A stretch of 64,000 nucleotides of DNA from Patescibacteria group bacterium (GCA_041671125.1 JBAZCA010000001.1:8120-72119); one strand, 5' to 3'; counted from the stretch's first letter, positions 37,363-45,709 are shown. Notes: generated from the sequence alone by a model not told the origin. Numbers and translations are program-made.

Positions 37363-37439
37363 CAATTAGCAATTATCAATTACGAATTAAACCTTTTTTT
37401 TTAAAAAATTCGTAATTCGTAATTATTAATTTGTGATTG
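37363..37439. repeat. AATTNNN-unit inverted repeat between the flippase and GT4 genes
   Basis: caattagcaattatcaattacgaatt faces aattcgtaattcgtaattattaatttgtgattg across the centre aaaccttttttttttaaaaa. The right arm encodes the flippase C-terminus (..PITN*). Confidence 0.85.
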
Positions 37440-38907
37440 GCGTATCAACGGCGTCTTCCTTAATCTCCGGCTTTTTCTTAAATGATTCCATAATACTTAA
37501 AATGTCTTCCTTTTTTAATCCGCCGAGAAGAAAAAGGGCAGCAAAATAAATTGCCGCGCCCAGCGTCGTAACGATAAATATATTCAGGCTGGACTTAAAA
37601 TAATATACCGCGAAAGCCATCAGTCCGGCCGATAAAAGCGACTTCGCGAGAATAATTATATTTTTCTTTAGCCGGTAATCTATAATTTTTTTTACTATGA
37701 TTATTCCCAGCGCGACCTGCAGAACCCCGGAAACCGACGAAGCAATACTCGCGCCGATTACCCCGATCCGGGGGATTAAAATCAGGTTTAAAGCGGCGCT
37801 CGTCAAAGCGACAGCTCCCATGATATAGGTATTTTGTTTTTGCCGGTCGCAGGCGTTTAAAAGGGAGCCGATCGGAAAATTTACAAAAGTAAACAGCAAT
37901 TGGGCGATGGTAATTTGCAGGGGCAGGATCGCTTCCGAATAGCCGGATTTAAAAATCAAAACGATCTTGTCGGCGATCATGATAATACCAACGCTTATCG
38001 GTATGGAAATGACTATTAAATAATTCATCGCCCGCTCAAAAGTGACGGATAACTGCCCTTTATTTTTTATCCAATAGAGGGAAAGCGCCGGATAAAGCGA
38101 AGCGGCAAAAGCCATCGGCAAAAACTGCAGGGCGATGATCATTTTAAAGGCCACCTGATAAATTCCAACCGCCCGGTCGCCGGACAAAAGCGATAAAAGC
38201 ACCGAATCAAGAAAAGTATAAACCCGATTTAAGACACCGTACAAAGTAAAAGCGACGGAAATGCCGACTATATATTTTATGCGCGAAAAATCCCAGTCCG
38301 GCCTGATTTTTATCTTCCATTTAACCGCGACAAGATACATGGAATAAAAAAAGTTAAAGGCGCTCGCGGCGATTAACGGCAGGAACATCCACTTTAACCC
38401 GGCGCCGACTTTAACGAGCGCCACTCCCGCGCCGATTACGATCAGCTGAAAAATAATTGATCCAGCGCTTTCGTACGCGAGGTTATGGAAGCCGCGGATG
38501 GTGGAAAAAAATGACAAAGTGAATGAGTCCATTGCCATGCAGAGCATTGACAGGTAAACGAGATACCTGGTTAAGCCTGGGTAACCGAGCGCGTTTATTA
38601 AAACCGCCGCCGCTACGAAAGATACGGCCGTCAAAGGGATTTTCATGGCCAGAATGCTCCCTAAAAATTTTTCCGCTTTGGCGTTGTCTTTGGCCACCTC
38701 CCGAATTAAAACCCCGGCAAACCCAAGGTCAATAATTATGGAAAAAATCGTGGTAAACGAAATGGCGAAATAATATTTACCGAGATCTTCCGGGCCGAGG
38801 TAGCGCGCTAAAATTATGAAATAACTGAAAGAAATCACCTTCTGCAGTATCAGGGCGACGGTAAAATAAGAAGTGTTCTTGGCGATGTTGGCGATTTTTC
38901 CCGGCAT
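37426..38907 (-). CDS. Wzx/MOP-superfamily oligosaccharide flippase
   Basis: About 490 aa with 12-14 TM helices. The N-terminus IAKNTSYFTVALILQKVISFSYFIILARYLGPEDLGKY is typical of polysaccharide biosynthesis (Wzx-like) proteins. The start is taken at ATG 38907. Confidence 0.75.
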   Translation of the reverse strand: MPGKIANIAKNTSYFTVALILQKVISFSYFIILARYLGPEDLGKYYFAISFTTIFSIIIDLGFAGVLIREVAKDNAKAEKFLGSILAMKIPLTAVSFVAAAVLINALGYPGLTRYLVYLSMLCMAMDSFTLSFFSTIRGFHNLAYESAGSIIFQLIVIGAGVALVKVGAGLKWMFLPLIAASAFNFFYSMYLVAVKWKIKIRPDWDFSRIKYIVGISVAFTLYGVLNRVYTFLDSVLLSLLSGDRAVGIYQVAFKMIIALQFLPMAFAASLYPALSLYWIKNKGQLSVTFERAMNYLIVISIPISVGIIMIADKIVLIFKSGYSEAILPLQITIAQLLFTFVNFPIGSLLNACDRQKQNTYIMGAVALTSAALNLILIPRIGVIGASIASSVSGVLQVALGIIIVKKIIDYRLKKNIIILAKSLLSAGLMAFAVYYFKSSLNIFIVTTLGAAIYFAALFLLGGLKKEDILSIMESFKKKPEIKEDAVDTPITN

Positions 38908-39010
38908 AATTGTTATTGTGTTCAACTTTCGTAACACGGACACGAAACCGCAATATAAAATAAAGGCGCGTAAGTCCTTTATAGCATTATACTACAAGCC
39001 GCTGAAAAGC

Positions 39011-39037
39011 AAAAATCCCGAATTGTTCGGGATTTTT
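39011..39037. terminator. Terminator after rpsI (bidirectional shape)
   Basis: aaaaatcccgaa ttg ttcgggattttt forms an 8-bp stem. The T-run on the minus strand is followed by gctttt. Confidence 0.7.
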
Positions 39038-39054
39038 GGTATCTGATATTTTGT

Positions 39055-39510
39055 TTAACGTTTACTCCACTGCGGAGCCCGTCTGGCTTTTTTCAAGCCC
39101 GGTTTTTTCCGCTCCACTTCCCTCGCGTCGCGGGTTAAGTAGCCTTTGGCTTTTAACGCCGGCCGGAGCTCCGGGTCAAATTTAATCAAAGCCCGGGAAA
39201 TTCCGAGGCGAACCGCTTCGGACTGGCCGGATTTTCCTCCGCCAGACGTTAAAATTGAAAAGTCAAAATCTTTGTTTCTGCCAGTCAATTTTAAGGGCTG
39301 GTTAACGGTCATCATAAGTCCGGCCGGAAAATAATCGGTCGCTTTCATCCCGTTGACCATGATAATGCCTTTGCCTTTTTCATAAAGCCGGGTCTGGGCG
39401 ATGGCTCTTTTCCGTCTGCCGATCGCGGCGATATAACGACCCTTGAAAATGTCGTTTTTAACTTTTTCCTCGGCCGCGACGATTTTAGTTGTAGCTTTTG
39501 TTTCTGCCAT
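39055..39510 (-). CDS. rpsI: 30S ribosomal protein S9
   Basis: GRRKRAIAQTRL..GKGIIMVNG..GGGKSGQSEAVRLGISRAL..LTRDAREVERKKPGLKKARRAPQWSKR. The start is at ATG 39510; the TTG at 39528 lies in the repeat. Confidence 0.93.
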   Translation of the reverse strand: MAETKATTKIVAAEEKVKNDIFKGRYIAAIGRRKRAIAQTRLYEKGKGIIMVNGMKATDYFPAGLMMTVNQPLKLTGRNKDFDFSILTSGGGKSGQSEAVRLGISRALIKFDPELRPALKAKGYLTRDAREVERKKPGLKKARRAPQWSKR

Positions 39511-39528
39511 AATATATTTAATCTTCAA

Positions 39529-39601
39529 TCATTCAATCTACAATCAATAAATTAAGAATTGAAATCGCGGATTGAAGATTAAATGATTACAGATTGATAA
39601 T
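39529..39601. repeat. Heptamer-unit imperfect inverted repeat in the rplM-rpsI gap
   Basis: aatcttcaatcattcaatctacaatcaat faces attgaagattaaatgattacagattgataat. Confidence 0.75.
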
Positions 39602-39958
39602 TTATTTCACTATCAGTCTTTTCATCATCCCGTTCCGGAGCCGGTTAGGGGGAAGCATTTCCCGCACCGCCCGGATTAAAATATCAGCCGGTTTTTTCTG
39701 CATCATGTCCTTCATTTTTACGGTTTTCAGGCCGCCCGGATAACCAGAATAACGGAAATATTTTTTCTGTTCCAGTTTTTTTCCGGTAAATTTCAGTTTG
39801 GCAATATTACTCACTTCAACAATATCCCCGGAATCAATGTTTGGGGTGTATTCAGGCTTGTTTTTACCGCGCAAAACCAGGGCAATCTGGGTCGCCAGCC
39901 GGCCGACGGACTTTTCGGCGGCGTCAATTTTAATATGTTTTCTTTCTATTTTAATCAT
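39602..39958 (-). CDS. rplM: 50S ribosomal protein L13
   Basis: GRLATQIALVLRGKNKPEYTPNIDSGD..VEVSNIAK..YFRYSGYPGGLK..AVREMLP. Confidence 0.92.
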   Translation of the reverse strand: MIKIERKHIKIDAAEKSVGRLATQIALVLRGKNKPEYTPNIDSGDIVEVSNIAKLKFTGKKLEQKKYFRYSGYPGGLKTVKMKDMMQKKPADILIRAVREMLPPNRLRNGMMKRLIVK

Positions 39959-39988
39959 ATCGTTTTAAAATCACCTCTATCAAATACT

Positions 39989-40339
39989 CTATACCAGCTC
40001 TATCCGCACAATTTCCGCCCCGTCGCCCTGGCGCTCCCCAAGCTTAACGATCCGGGAATAACCGCCTTTCAGGCCGGCGTAACGGCCACCAATAACTTCA
40101 ACCAGTTTTTTTGCCGCCATCTTCTGGGGCAAAATTGACATAATGCGTTTTTTTGAAGCCAGGTCGTTCTTCTTGGCGTAAGTAATCACCCTTTCTAAAA
40201 GCGACCGGACGGCTTTGGCTTTGGCTTTGGTGGTTTTTACTTTTTCATAAATCAAAATACTTGAAGCCAAATTCCGAAGCATGAGCTCTCTTGGTGCCTT
40301 TTTTCTGTCCAGTATTTTGTTTTTGTTCCTGTGTCTCAT
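39989..40339 (-). CDS. rplQ: 50S ribosomal protein L17
   Basis: MRHRNKNKILDRKKAPRELMLRNLASSILIYEKVKTTKAKAKAVRSLLERVIT..GGYSRIVKLGERQGDGAEIVRIELV. The start is at ATG 40339. Confidence 0.92.
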   Translation of the reverse strand: MRHRNKNKILDRKKAPRELMLRNLASSILIYEKVKTTKAKAKAVRSLLERVITYAKKNDLASKKRIMSILPQKMAAKKLVEVIGGRYAGLKGGYSRIVKLGERQGDGAEIVRIELV

Positions 40340-40393
40340 ATTTAACTCAATTTTCAATTATTCATTAATTGATCATTGAAGATTGATAATTGA

Positions 40394-41212
40394 TTAATTT
40401 TTCTTCGGCCTTCCCCTTTTCTTCGATGATTCCTTAGCTTCCATTTCAACCGGGGCTTCTGATTCTTCTCCGCCGACTTCTTTTTCTGAAACGCCTTCAG
40501 TTTCCCCGATTTCGGCTATCACCGCTTCTTTGCCGATTAAAGCGTTAAATTGTTCGATTAATATTTTGGCTGATTGGGAAAAAGCTTCTTCCGGCTCTAT
40601 CGTTCCGTCGGTTTTTATGTCCAGTTTTAATTTTTCCCAGTTAGTCATCTTTCCGACGCGGATACTTTCAATGTCAATTCCGACCTTAACCACCGGAGTG
40701 AAAATTGAATCAATTTCAATGTAGCCAATTTCGGAATTTTTATTTTCTCTCACTTCAACCGGTTCATAGCCTTTGCCCTGGGCGACGTGGATTTCCATTT
40801 CCAGATTGCCGGCCATATCGGTAATATTGGCGATAACCATTTCCGGATTCATTATTTCAACCTGGCTGGATTTCGTTATGTCGCCGGCTTTGACTTTTTT
40901 CTCCCCGTGGACAGCGAGCTCAAGCTTAACCGGTTCTTCGGAAAATACCTTTAACCTTAATTTTTTTAAATTCAGGATGATTTCCAAGACATCCTCTTTA
41001 ACGTGCGGAAGCGGCATGAATTCGTGATCCGCCCCTTTTATTTTTACCCCGACAACAGCCGCGCCCGGCAAGCTGGAAAGAAGCACCCGGCGAAGCGAAT
41101 TGCCGATAGTAATTCCGAATCCCGGATAGCAAGGATAAATTGACGCCAATGATTCATGGGCTTCGGCGCCTTTGATAAATTTCACATTCTGGGGTAAAGC
41201 AATGGTTTCCAT
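40394..41212 (-). CDS. rpoA: DNA-directed RNA polymerase alpha subunit: NTD only, with a C-terminal acidic linker plus AT-hook instead of the alpha-CTD
   Basis: The NTD is present (GFGITIGNSLRRVLLSSLPGAAVVGVKI..VEH EF pattern, here GADHEF). The protein is only 272 aa and ends ..EAVIAEIGETEGVSEKEVGGEESEAPVEMEAKESSKKRGRPKKN*. No LELSVRS/helix-hairpin-helix CTD sequence is present, and rplQ follows after 54 nt. Confidence 0.9.
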   Translation of the reverse strand: METIALPQNVKFIKGAEAHESLASIYPCYPGFGITIGNSLRRVLLSSLPGAAVVGVKIKGADHEFMPLPHVKEDVLEIILNLKKLRLKVFSEEPVKLELAVHGEKKVKAGDITKSSQVEIMNPEMVIANITDMAGNLEMEIHVAQGKGYEPVEVRENKNSEIGYIEIDSIFTPVVKVGIDIESIRVGKMTNWEKLKLDIKTDGTIEPEEAFSQSAKILIEQFNALIGKEAVIAEIGETEGVSEKEVGGEESEAPVEMEAKESSKKRGRPKKN

Positions 41213-41301
41213 AGATATAAGTCCAAAAGTCCAAAGTCCAAAAGTCTAATATAATTCACCTGACTTTCTGACTTTATGACTATCTGACTGATTGGCTTAT
41301 G
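41213..41301. repeat. AGTCCAA / TGACTNT periodic complementary repeats in the rpoA-rpsD gap
   Basis: agtccaaaagtccaaagtccaaaagtc is followed by cctgactttctgactttatgactatctgactg. AGTC and GACT recur with a 7-8 nt period on opposite arms. Confidence 0.75.
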
Positions 41302-41934
41302 CTATCTTGAATAAAATTCTACTATCATGGCAGTGTTGATGTTGGCCGGGATATCATCGTCGGACGGAGCAGACACAATTTTAGCTTCAAGAGATTTCCG
41401 GTCAACATTAAGCCAACTCGGCTTATTCCCTTCGTCTTTCTTTTCCAAAAGCTCGCGAAAATATTTTTGGCGTCTGGAAGATTCTTTTACTTTAACCACA
41501 TCGCCGGATTTAAGATTGAACGAAGCGATGTTGACTTCTTTCCCGTTAACAATAAAATGACCGTGATTTACCAGCTGGCGAGACAAATCTCTTGAGGGCG
41601 CGAACCCCATCCGATAAACCGCATTATCCAGCCGGGTTTCAAGTAATTTGATGAAATTTTTTCCCTTATCGCCTTTTTCTTTTTCAGCTTTTTCAAAAGT
41701 AAGGACAAACTGCTTTTCCAGCAAATGATAAGTCTTTCTGGCTTTCTGTTTTTCTTTAAGTTGTATTCCGTATTCGCTTATCCTTGGCGGCCGGCCTTTC
41801 GCGCTATGGGGTCCAGGAGGAAAATTCCTCTTTACGATACCGCAACGCGGCGTACTGCAACGTTCGCCTTTTAAAAACAATTTTTCGCCGGCTCTCCGGC
41901 ATTGCTTGCATTTTGGATCTAAGTTTCTTGCCAT
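41302..41934 (-). CDS. rpsD: 30S ribosomal protein S4
   Basis: MARNLDPKCKQCRRAGEKLFLKGERC..YGIQLKEKQKARKTY..RLDNAVYRMGFAPSRDLSRQLVNHGHFIVNGKEVNIASF. Confidence 0.93.
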   Translation of the reverse strand: MARNLDPKCKQCRRAGEKLFLKGERCSTPRCGIVKRNFPPGPHSAKGRPPRISEYGIQLKEKQKARKTYHLLEKQFVLTFEKAEKEKGDKGKNFIKLLETRLDNAVYRMGFAPSRDLSRQLVNHGHFIVNGKEVNIASFNLKSGDVVKVKESSRRQKYFRELLEKKDEGNKPSWLNVDRKSLEAKIVSAPSDDDIPANINTAMIVEFYSR

Positions 41935-42016
41935 AGTTATTCAATCTTCAATTAATTCTGTTCATCTCCAATAGTTCTATTAATATGTTTTTTATGTTTT
42001 TTCGGATTATTGTAGA

Positions 42017-42610
42017 TTATACTCTTCTCGGTTTTTTCGGACGACAACCGTTGTGCGGTATCGGGGTAATATCTTTTATTGAAGTTATTAATAACCCGTT
42101 GGCGTTCAAAGCGCGAACTGCGGCGTCGCGACCGATTCCCACTCCCCGGACAAACACGCTCACTTCTTTCAAGCCACAATCCTCTTTCGCTTTTGTGCAG
42201 GCGATGCGGGTGATGATCTGCGCCGCGTAAGGAGTAGCCTTTTTCGGCCCCTTAAACCCGGCTATTCCGGCTGAAGCCCAGGAAATTACGTTACCCCCCA
42301 AATCAGTCAAAGTTACAATCGTGTTATTGTAGGTGGATTTTATAAATACTTTGCCCGTCGGCACTCTCCGGTCTTTTTTCTTGCCTTTCTTTTTCTTTGA
42401 ACGGCTAGGACCTTTTTCTTTCCTTTTTTCCAATTTTTCTTTCACGCTGTCGGGCAGTTCAACAAGACCGCTTACGGGGCGGCGGCTCTCTTTTTCTTCT
42501 TCCGGATCAGACAAAAAAGACGCGGCACCGTTTGCCGTCGCGGCAACCGCATCGGCAGATGTTTCTTCGGTCTTTTTATTGTCAGTTTTTATGTTTTTTT
42601 CTTCAGTCAT
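42017..42610 (-). CDS. rpsK: 30S ribosomal protein S11 with a ~70-aa N-terminal extension
   Basis: The core is [80 protein letters not shown]. It is preceded by an acidic then poly-Lys extension (..[14 protein letters not shown]). Confidence 0.9.
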   Translation of the reverse strand: MTEEKNIKTDNKKTEETSADAVAATANGAASFLSDPEEEKESRRPVSGLVELPDSVKEKLEKRKEKGPSRSKKKKGKKKDRRVPTGKVFIKSTYNNTIVTLTDLGGNVISWASAGIAGFKGPKKATPYAAQIITRIACTKAKEDCGLKEVSVFVRGVGIGRDAAVRALNANGLLITSIKDITPIPHNGCRPKKPRRV

Positions 42611-42703
42611 ATTTCATTCTCATAACCCGTAACTCATAACCCATAACTCGTTAGCATTTTACAAAAATTTGCGTTACGGGTTATGTATTGCGGGTTTTGG
42701 GTC
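42611..42703. repeat. CATAACC/CGTAACT-unit inverted repeat in the rpsM-rpsK gap
   Basis: cataacccgtaac (left) pairs with gttacgggttatg (right) in a perfect 13-bp match. The left arm continues as tandem cataacc cgtaact cataacc cataact. Confidence 0.85.
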
Positions 42704-43096
42704 TTATGTTTTTTGTCCGGCCGGTTTTCTTCCTGAACCCATGGTCTTCCTTACGTTGCCGCGAACTGTTCGGGTATTAGTCTTCGTATGCTGACCCCTT
42801 GATGGCAACCCTTTGATATGACGGATGCCCCGATAGCTACTTATTTCTTTAAGCCTTTTGATATTACTCATAATATCCCGCCTCAACTCTCCTTCAACTT
42901 TGTTGTCCTTTTCAACAATTTCGCGGATCCGATTGGCGTCTTCTTCGCTTACGTCTTTAACTCTGGTGTTATAATTTATTTTGGCCGTGGCTAAAATATT
43001 GATGGATTTTTTATTTCCAATACCAAAAATATAGGTCAAAGCGACTTCTATTCTTTTGTCGTTGGGGAGCGTAACTCCCGCTATTCTTAATGCCAT
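42704..43096 (-). CDS. rpsM: 30S ribosomal protein S13
   Basis: MALRIAGVTLPNDKRIEVALTYIFGIG..YRGIRHIKGLPSRGQHTKTNTRT. Confidence 0.93.
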   Translation of the reverse strand: MALRIAGVTLPNDKRIEVALTYIFGIGNKKSINILATAKINYNTRVKDVSEEDANRIREIVEKDNKVEGELRRDIMSNIKRLKEISSYRGIRHIKGLPSRGQHTKTNTRTVRGNVRKTMGSGRKPAGQKT

Positions 43097-43214
43097 ATGT
43101 ATTTTAGTCTGATAGTCTAAGTAGTCCGAAGTCTGGAAGTCTCTGAGTCCGCTGGTTCAAAATCTGAAAAATATGACTTTTGACTTCATGACTCATGGAC
43201 TTAATTAACTTGCT
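43097..43214. repeat. AGTCNNN / NNNGACT periodic complementary repeats in the rpmJ-rpsM gap
   Basis: agtctgatagtctaagtagtccgaagtctggaagtctctgagtc faces atgacttttgacttcatgactcatggact. Confidence 0.75.
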
Positions 43215-43328
43215 TTATCCTTGCCTTTGTTTATGTTTCGGATTTTTGCAGGTTACCCAAAGTCGGCCTTTGCGCCGAACGATCTTGCAATCCTTACATA
43301 CTATTTTTACCGATGACCTCACTTTCAT
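43215..43328 (-). CDS. rpmJ: 50S ribosomal protein L36 (not in the ORF track because it is under 60 aa)
   Basis: The reverse-complement translation is [37 protein letters not shown] (37 aa), sitting in the canonical position between infA and rpsM. Confidence 0.9.
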   Translation of the reverse strand: MKVRSSVKIVCKDCKIVRRKGRLWVTCKNPKHKQRQG

Positions 43329-43421
43329 ATATTTTAACTCCGCTTTTGCAAAACGGTTTTGGGGATTTTTCTAAATATCTTACTTACAGATTTTTTAAAA
43401 CCTAATCCAGCCTCAGCTCCG

Positions 43422-43658
43422 TCAGAGCCGGTAAGTGATTCTGCCTTTAGTCAGATCATAAGGGCTGATTTGCACCTTAACCCGGTCGCCGGGCAGAAGC
43501 CTTATTTTATGCATTCTCATCCTGCCGGAGAGGTAAGCCATTATTTCGTGGCCGTTTTCCAAAATAACTTTAAAAGTGGCCGAAGGCATGGCCTCAACCA
43601 CTTCACCTCTCATCTCAATAAATTCTTTTGAATCCAATGGTTTATTTTCGTCTGACAT
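43422..43658 (-). CDS. infA: Translation initiation factor IF-1
   Basis: [64 protein letters not shown]. Confidence 0.93.
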   Translation of the reverse strand: MSDENKPLDSKEFIEMRGEVVEAMPSATFKVILENGHEIMAYLSGRMRMHKIRLLPGDRVKVQISPYDLTKGRITYRL

Positions 43659-43675
43659 TAATGCTAGGGAAACGC

Positions 43676-43707
43676 AAAAATTCTGTCCCGATCACGCGGG
43701 ACAAAAT
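43676..43707 (-). terminator. Hairpin plus T-run between the infA promoter and the infA ATG (attenuator, or alaS terminator)
   Basis: The minus strand reads tgtcccg cgtgat cgggaca gaattttt, with the stem at 43684-43690/43697-43703. It lies downstream of the consensus promoter at 43744-43772. Confidence 0.5.
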
Positions 43708-43743
43708 CATATTTTTTATTAATGCTTTTTTCAACTTGTGGTA

Positions 43744-43772
43744 ATTATATAGAAAAACTTAAAACCTGTCAA
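43744..43772 (-). promoter_or_regulatory. Perfect consensus sigma70 promoter for the infA-rpmJ-rpsM... operon
   Basis: The minus strand reads TTGACA (43772-43767), a 17-nt spacer (ggttttaagtttttcta), then TATAAT (43749-43744). Confidence 0.7.
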
Positions 43773-43786
43773 CACCTTTACTCTGG

Positions 43787-45709
43787 TTAGTCCAAAATCG
43801 CCTTAATCCTCCGCACTCCGGCCGAGGAGCTTTCTTCTTTTTGGATTTTAAAATGGCCTAATTCGCCGGTATTTTCGGCGTGCGGGCCACCGCAGATTTC
43901 GTAAGAAAAAACGTCAGCTCCTTCGCCAACCTTGTAGACTTTTACCTTTTCCCCGTATTTTGACTCAAAAACCCCCATGGCGCCTTTCTGCTTTGCTTCT
44001 TCCAGTAGTATCTCTTCAAAAGTAACCGGGAGCTTTTTTAAAATGGCGCTGTTCACTAATTTTTCCACTTCCTGCTTCTGCTCATCGGTCATCTTTTCCG
44101 GATGGGAAAAATCAAATCGCATCCTTTCGCCGGTAATATTACTTCCCTTCTGAGTTACATGATCGCCCAAAACTTTCCGCAAGGCGGCGAGAAGAAGATG
44201 GGCGGCCGTATGGAGCTTTTTTGTTTCTTCGCTCACGTCAGCCAAACCGCCTTTAAACATCCCGGCTGAAGCGGTCCGGGAAAGCGCCTGGTGTTTTTCC
44301 AGCTCTTTATTAAATTCTGCTATTAAATTTTTTGAAGTTTTTATTCCTCTTTCCTCGGTTAACTCAATGGTCATTTCAACAGGAAAACCGTAAGTCTGAA
44401 ACAAATTAAAAGCAAATTTTCCGTTTATCTCTGTAATTTTTAACATTTCATTTGAAATACTCTCATCCTCTGACATTGACGGAGATACTGATGCGCTTAT
44501 AATTTTTTCGCCCTTCTCTAATGTCTTGGCAAATTTCTCTTCTTCTTCCTTTAACTGACTTACCACAAAATCAATATTCCGCCGGAGTTCCGGATAGGCT
44601 TCGCCATAATCATGGGCGACAATCTTGGCGATTTCTTTGGTCCATAATTCTTCGCCGATGCCTAAGAGGCGGCCGTAGCGGATAGCCCTTCTTATAAGCC
44701 GGCGGACAATGTAGCCTTGACCAGTATTAGACGGCCCGACGCCTTTGTCGTCGCCAATAATAAAAGTAGCGGCCCGAAGGTGCTCGGCAATCACTTCAAA
44801 TTCTTTCATATTCTCCCGATATTTTTTTCCGCCCGAGAGCTCGCTGATTTTATTCAAAATATTGCTAAAGAGGTCTGTTTCAAAAATATTGTCCAGGCCC
44901 TGGACGACCATGGTCGTCCGTTCCAGTCCGCCGCCGAAGTCAACATTCTGCTGGGCGAGTTTTTCAAAACCGTTTTCCGTCCTTTTAAATTCCATGAAAA
45001 CGCTGTTGCCGATTTCAATAAACCGGCCGCAGTCGCAGTTTACGTGGCAGGGCTTTTCCGCCCAGGGGGAATTTTCGTGATGCCTTAGGTCAGCGCCCAG
45101 GTCGTAAAAAAGTTCCGAATCCGGCCCGCCCGGCTCGCCGACCGGCATGTTGGCCGGGATTCCCGATCTTGACCACCAATTCTTCCGCTCGTCGTAATAA
45201 AAAATCCGGCCGCCCCGCATTCCGTCCCTTTCGGCAAAATCAACGTCTTCAGCCTCAATGCCTTTTTCCTTAAAAAGCTCTTTCCAGATCGCGACCGCCT
45301 CGCTGTCCTTATTAATGCCGATTTCTTTATTGCCGCGGAACACGGTTGAGTAAAGCCGGCCGGGGTCAATCCCCAGTTCTTCGGTAATAAAAGTAAAGTA
45401 CCAGCGCAACTGTTCTTTTTTAAAATAATCGCCCAAAGACCAGTTGCCAAGCATCTCAAAAAAAGTCGTATGCCGGTTGTCGCCGACTTCCTCAATATCT
45501 TCGGCCCGGAATGACTTTTGCGAATTGGTGAGCCTTTTTCCTTCCGGATGTTTTTCGCCGAGGAGATACGGGACGAGCGGCTGCATACCTGAGCTGGTAA
45601 AAAGAGTGGTCGGGTCGTTGTCCGGCATAATAGAAGCCGAAGGTATTACCGCGTGGTCGTTAGCTTTAAAAAAATCCAGATATTTCTGGCGTATTTCTTT
45701 AGAAGTCAT
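43787..45709 (-). CDS. alaS: Alanine--tRNA ligase, short form (640 aa, ends after the editing domain; no C-Ala domain)
   Basis: The N-terminus is MTSKEIRQKYLDFFKANDHAVIPSASIMPDNDPTTLFTSSGMQPLVPYL, followed by FEMLGNWSLGDYFK. The editing-domain motifs HTAAHLL and CGGPH are present. The protein stops about 25 aa after CGGPH. Confidence 0.9.
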   Translation of the reverse strand: MTSKEIRQKYLDFFKANDHAVIPSASIMPDNDPTTLFTSSGMQPLVPYLLGEKHPEGKRLTNSQKSFRAEDIEEVGDNRHTTFFEMLGNWSLGDYFKKEQLRWYFTFITEELGIDPGRLYSTVFRGNKEIGINKDSEAVAIWKELFKEKGIEAEDVDFAERDGMRGGRIFYYDERKNWWSRSGIPANMPVGEPGGPDSELFYDLGADLRHHENSPWAEKPCHVNCDCGRFIEIGNSVFMEFKRTENGFEKLAQQNVDFGGGLERTTMVVQGLDNIFETDLFSNILNKISELSGGKKYRENMKEFEVIAEHLRAATFIIGDDKGVGPSNTGQGYIVRRLIRRAIRYGRLLGIGEELWTKEIAKIVAHDYGEAYPELRRNIDFVVSQLKEEEEKFAKTLEKGEKIISASVSPSMSEDESISNEMLKITEINGKFAFNLFQTYGFPVEMTIELTEERGIKTSKNLIAEFNKELEKHQALSRTASAGMFKGGLADVSEETKKLHTAAHLLLAALRKVLGDHVTQKGSNITGERMRFDFSHPEKMTDEQKQEVEKLVNSAILKKLPVTFEEILLEEAKQKGAMGVFESKYGEKVKVYKVGEGADVFSYEICGGPHAENTGELGHFKIQKEESSSAGVRRIKAILD

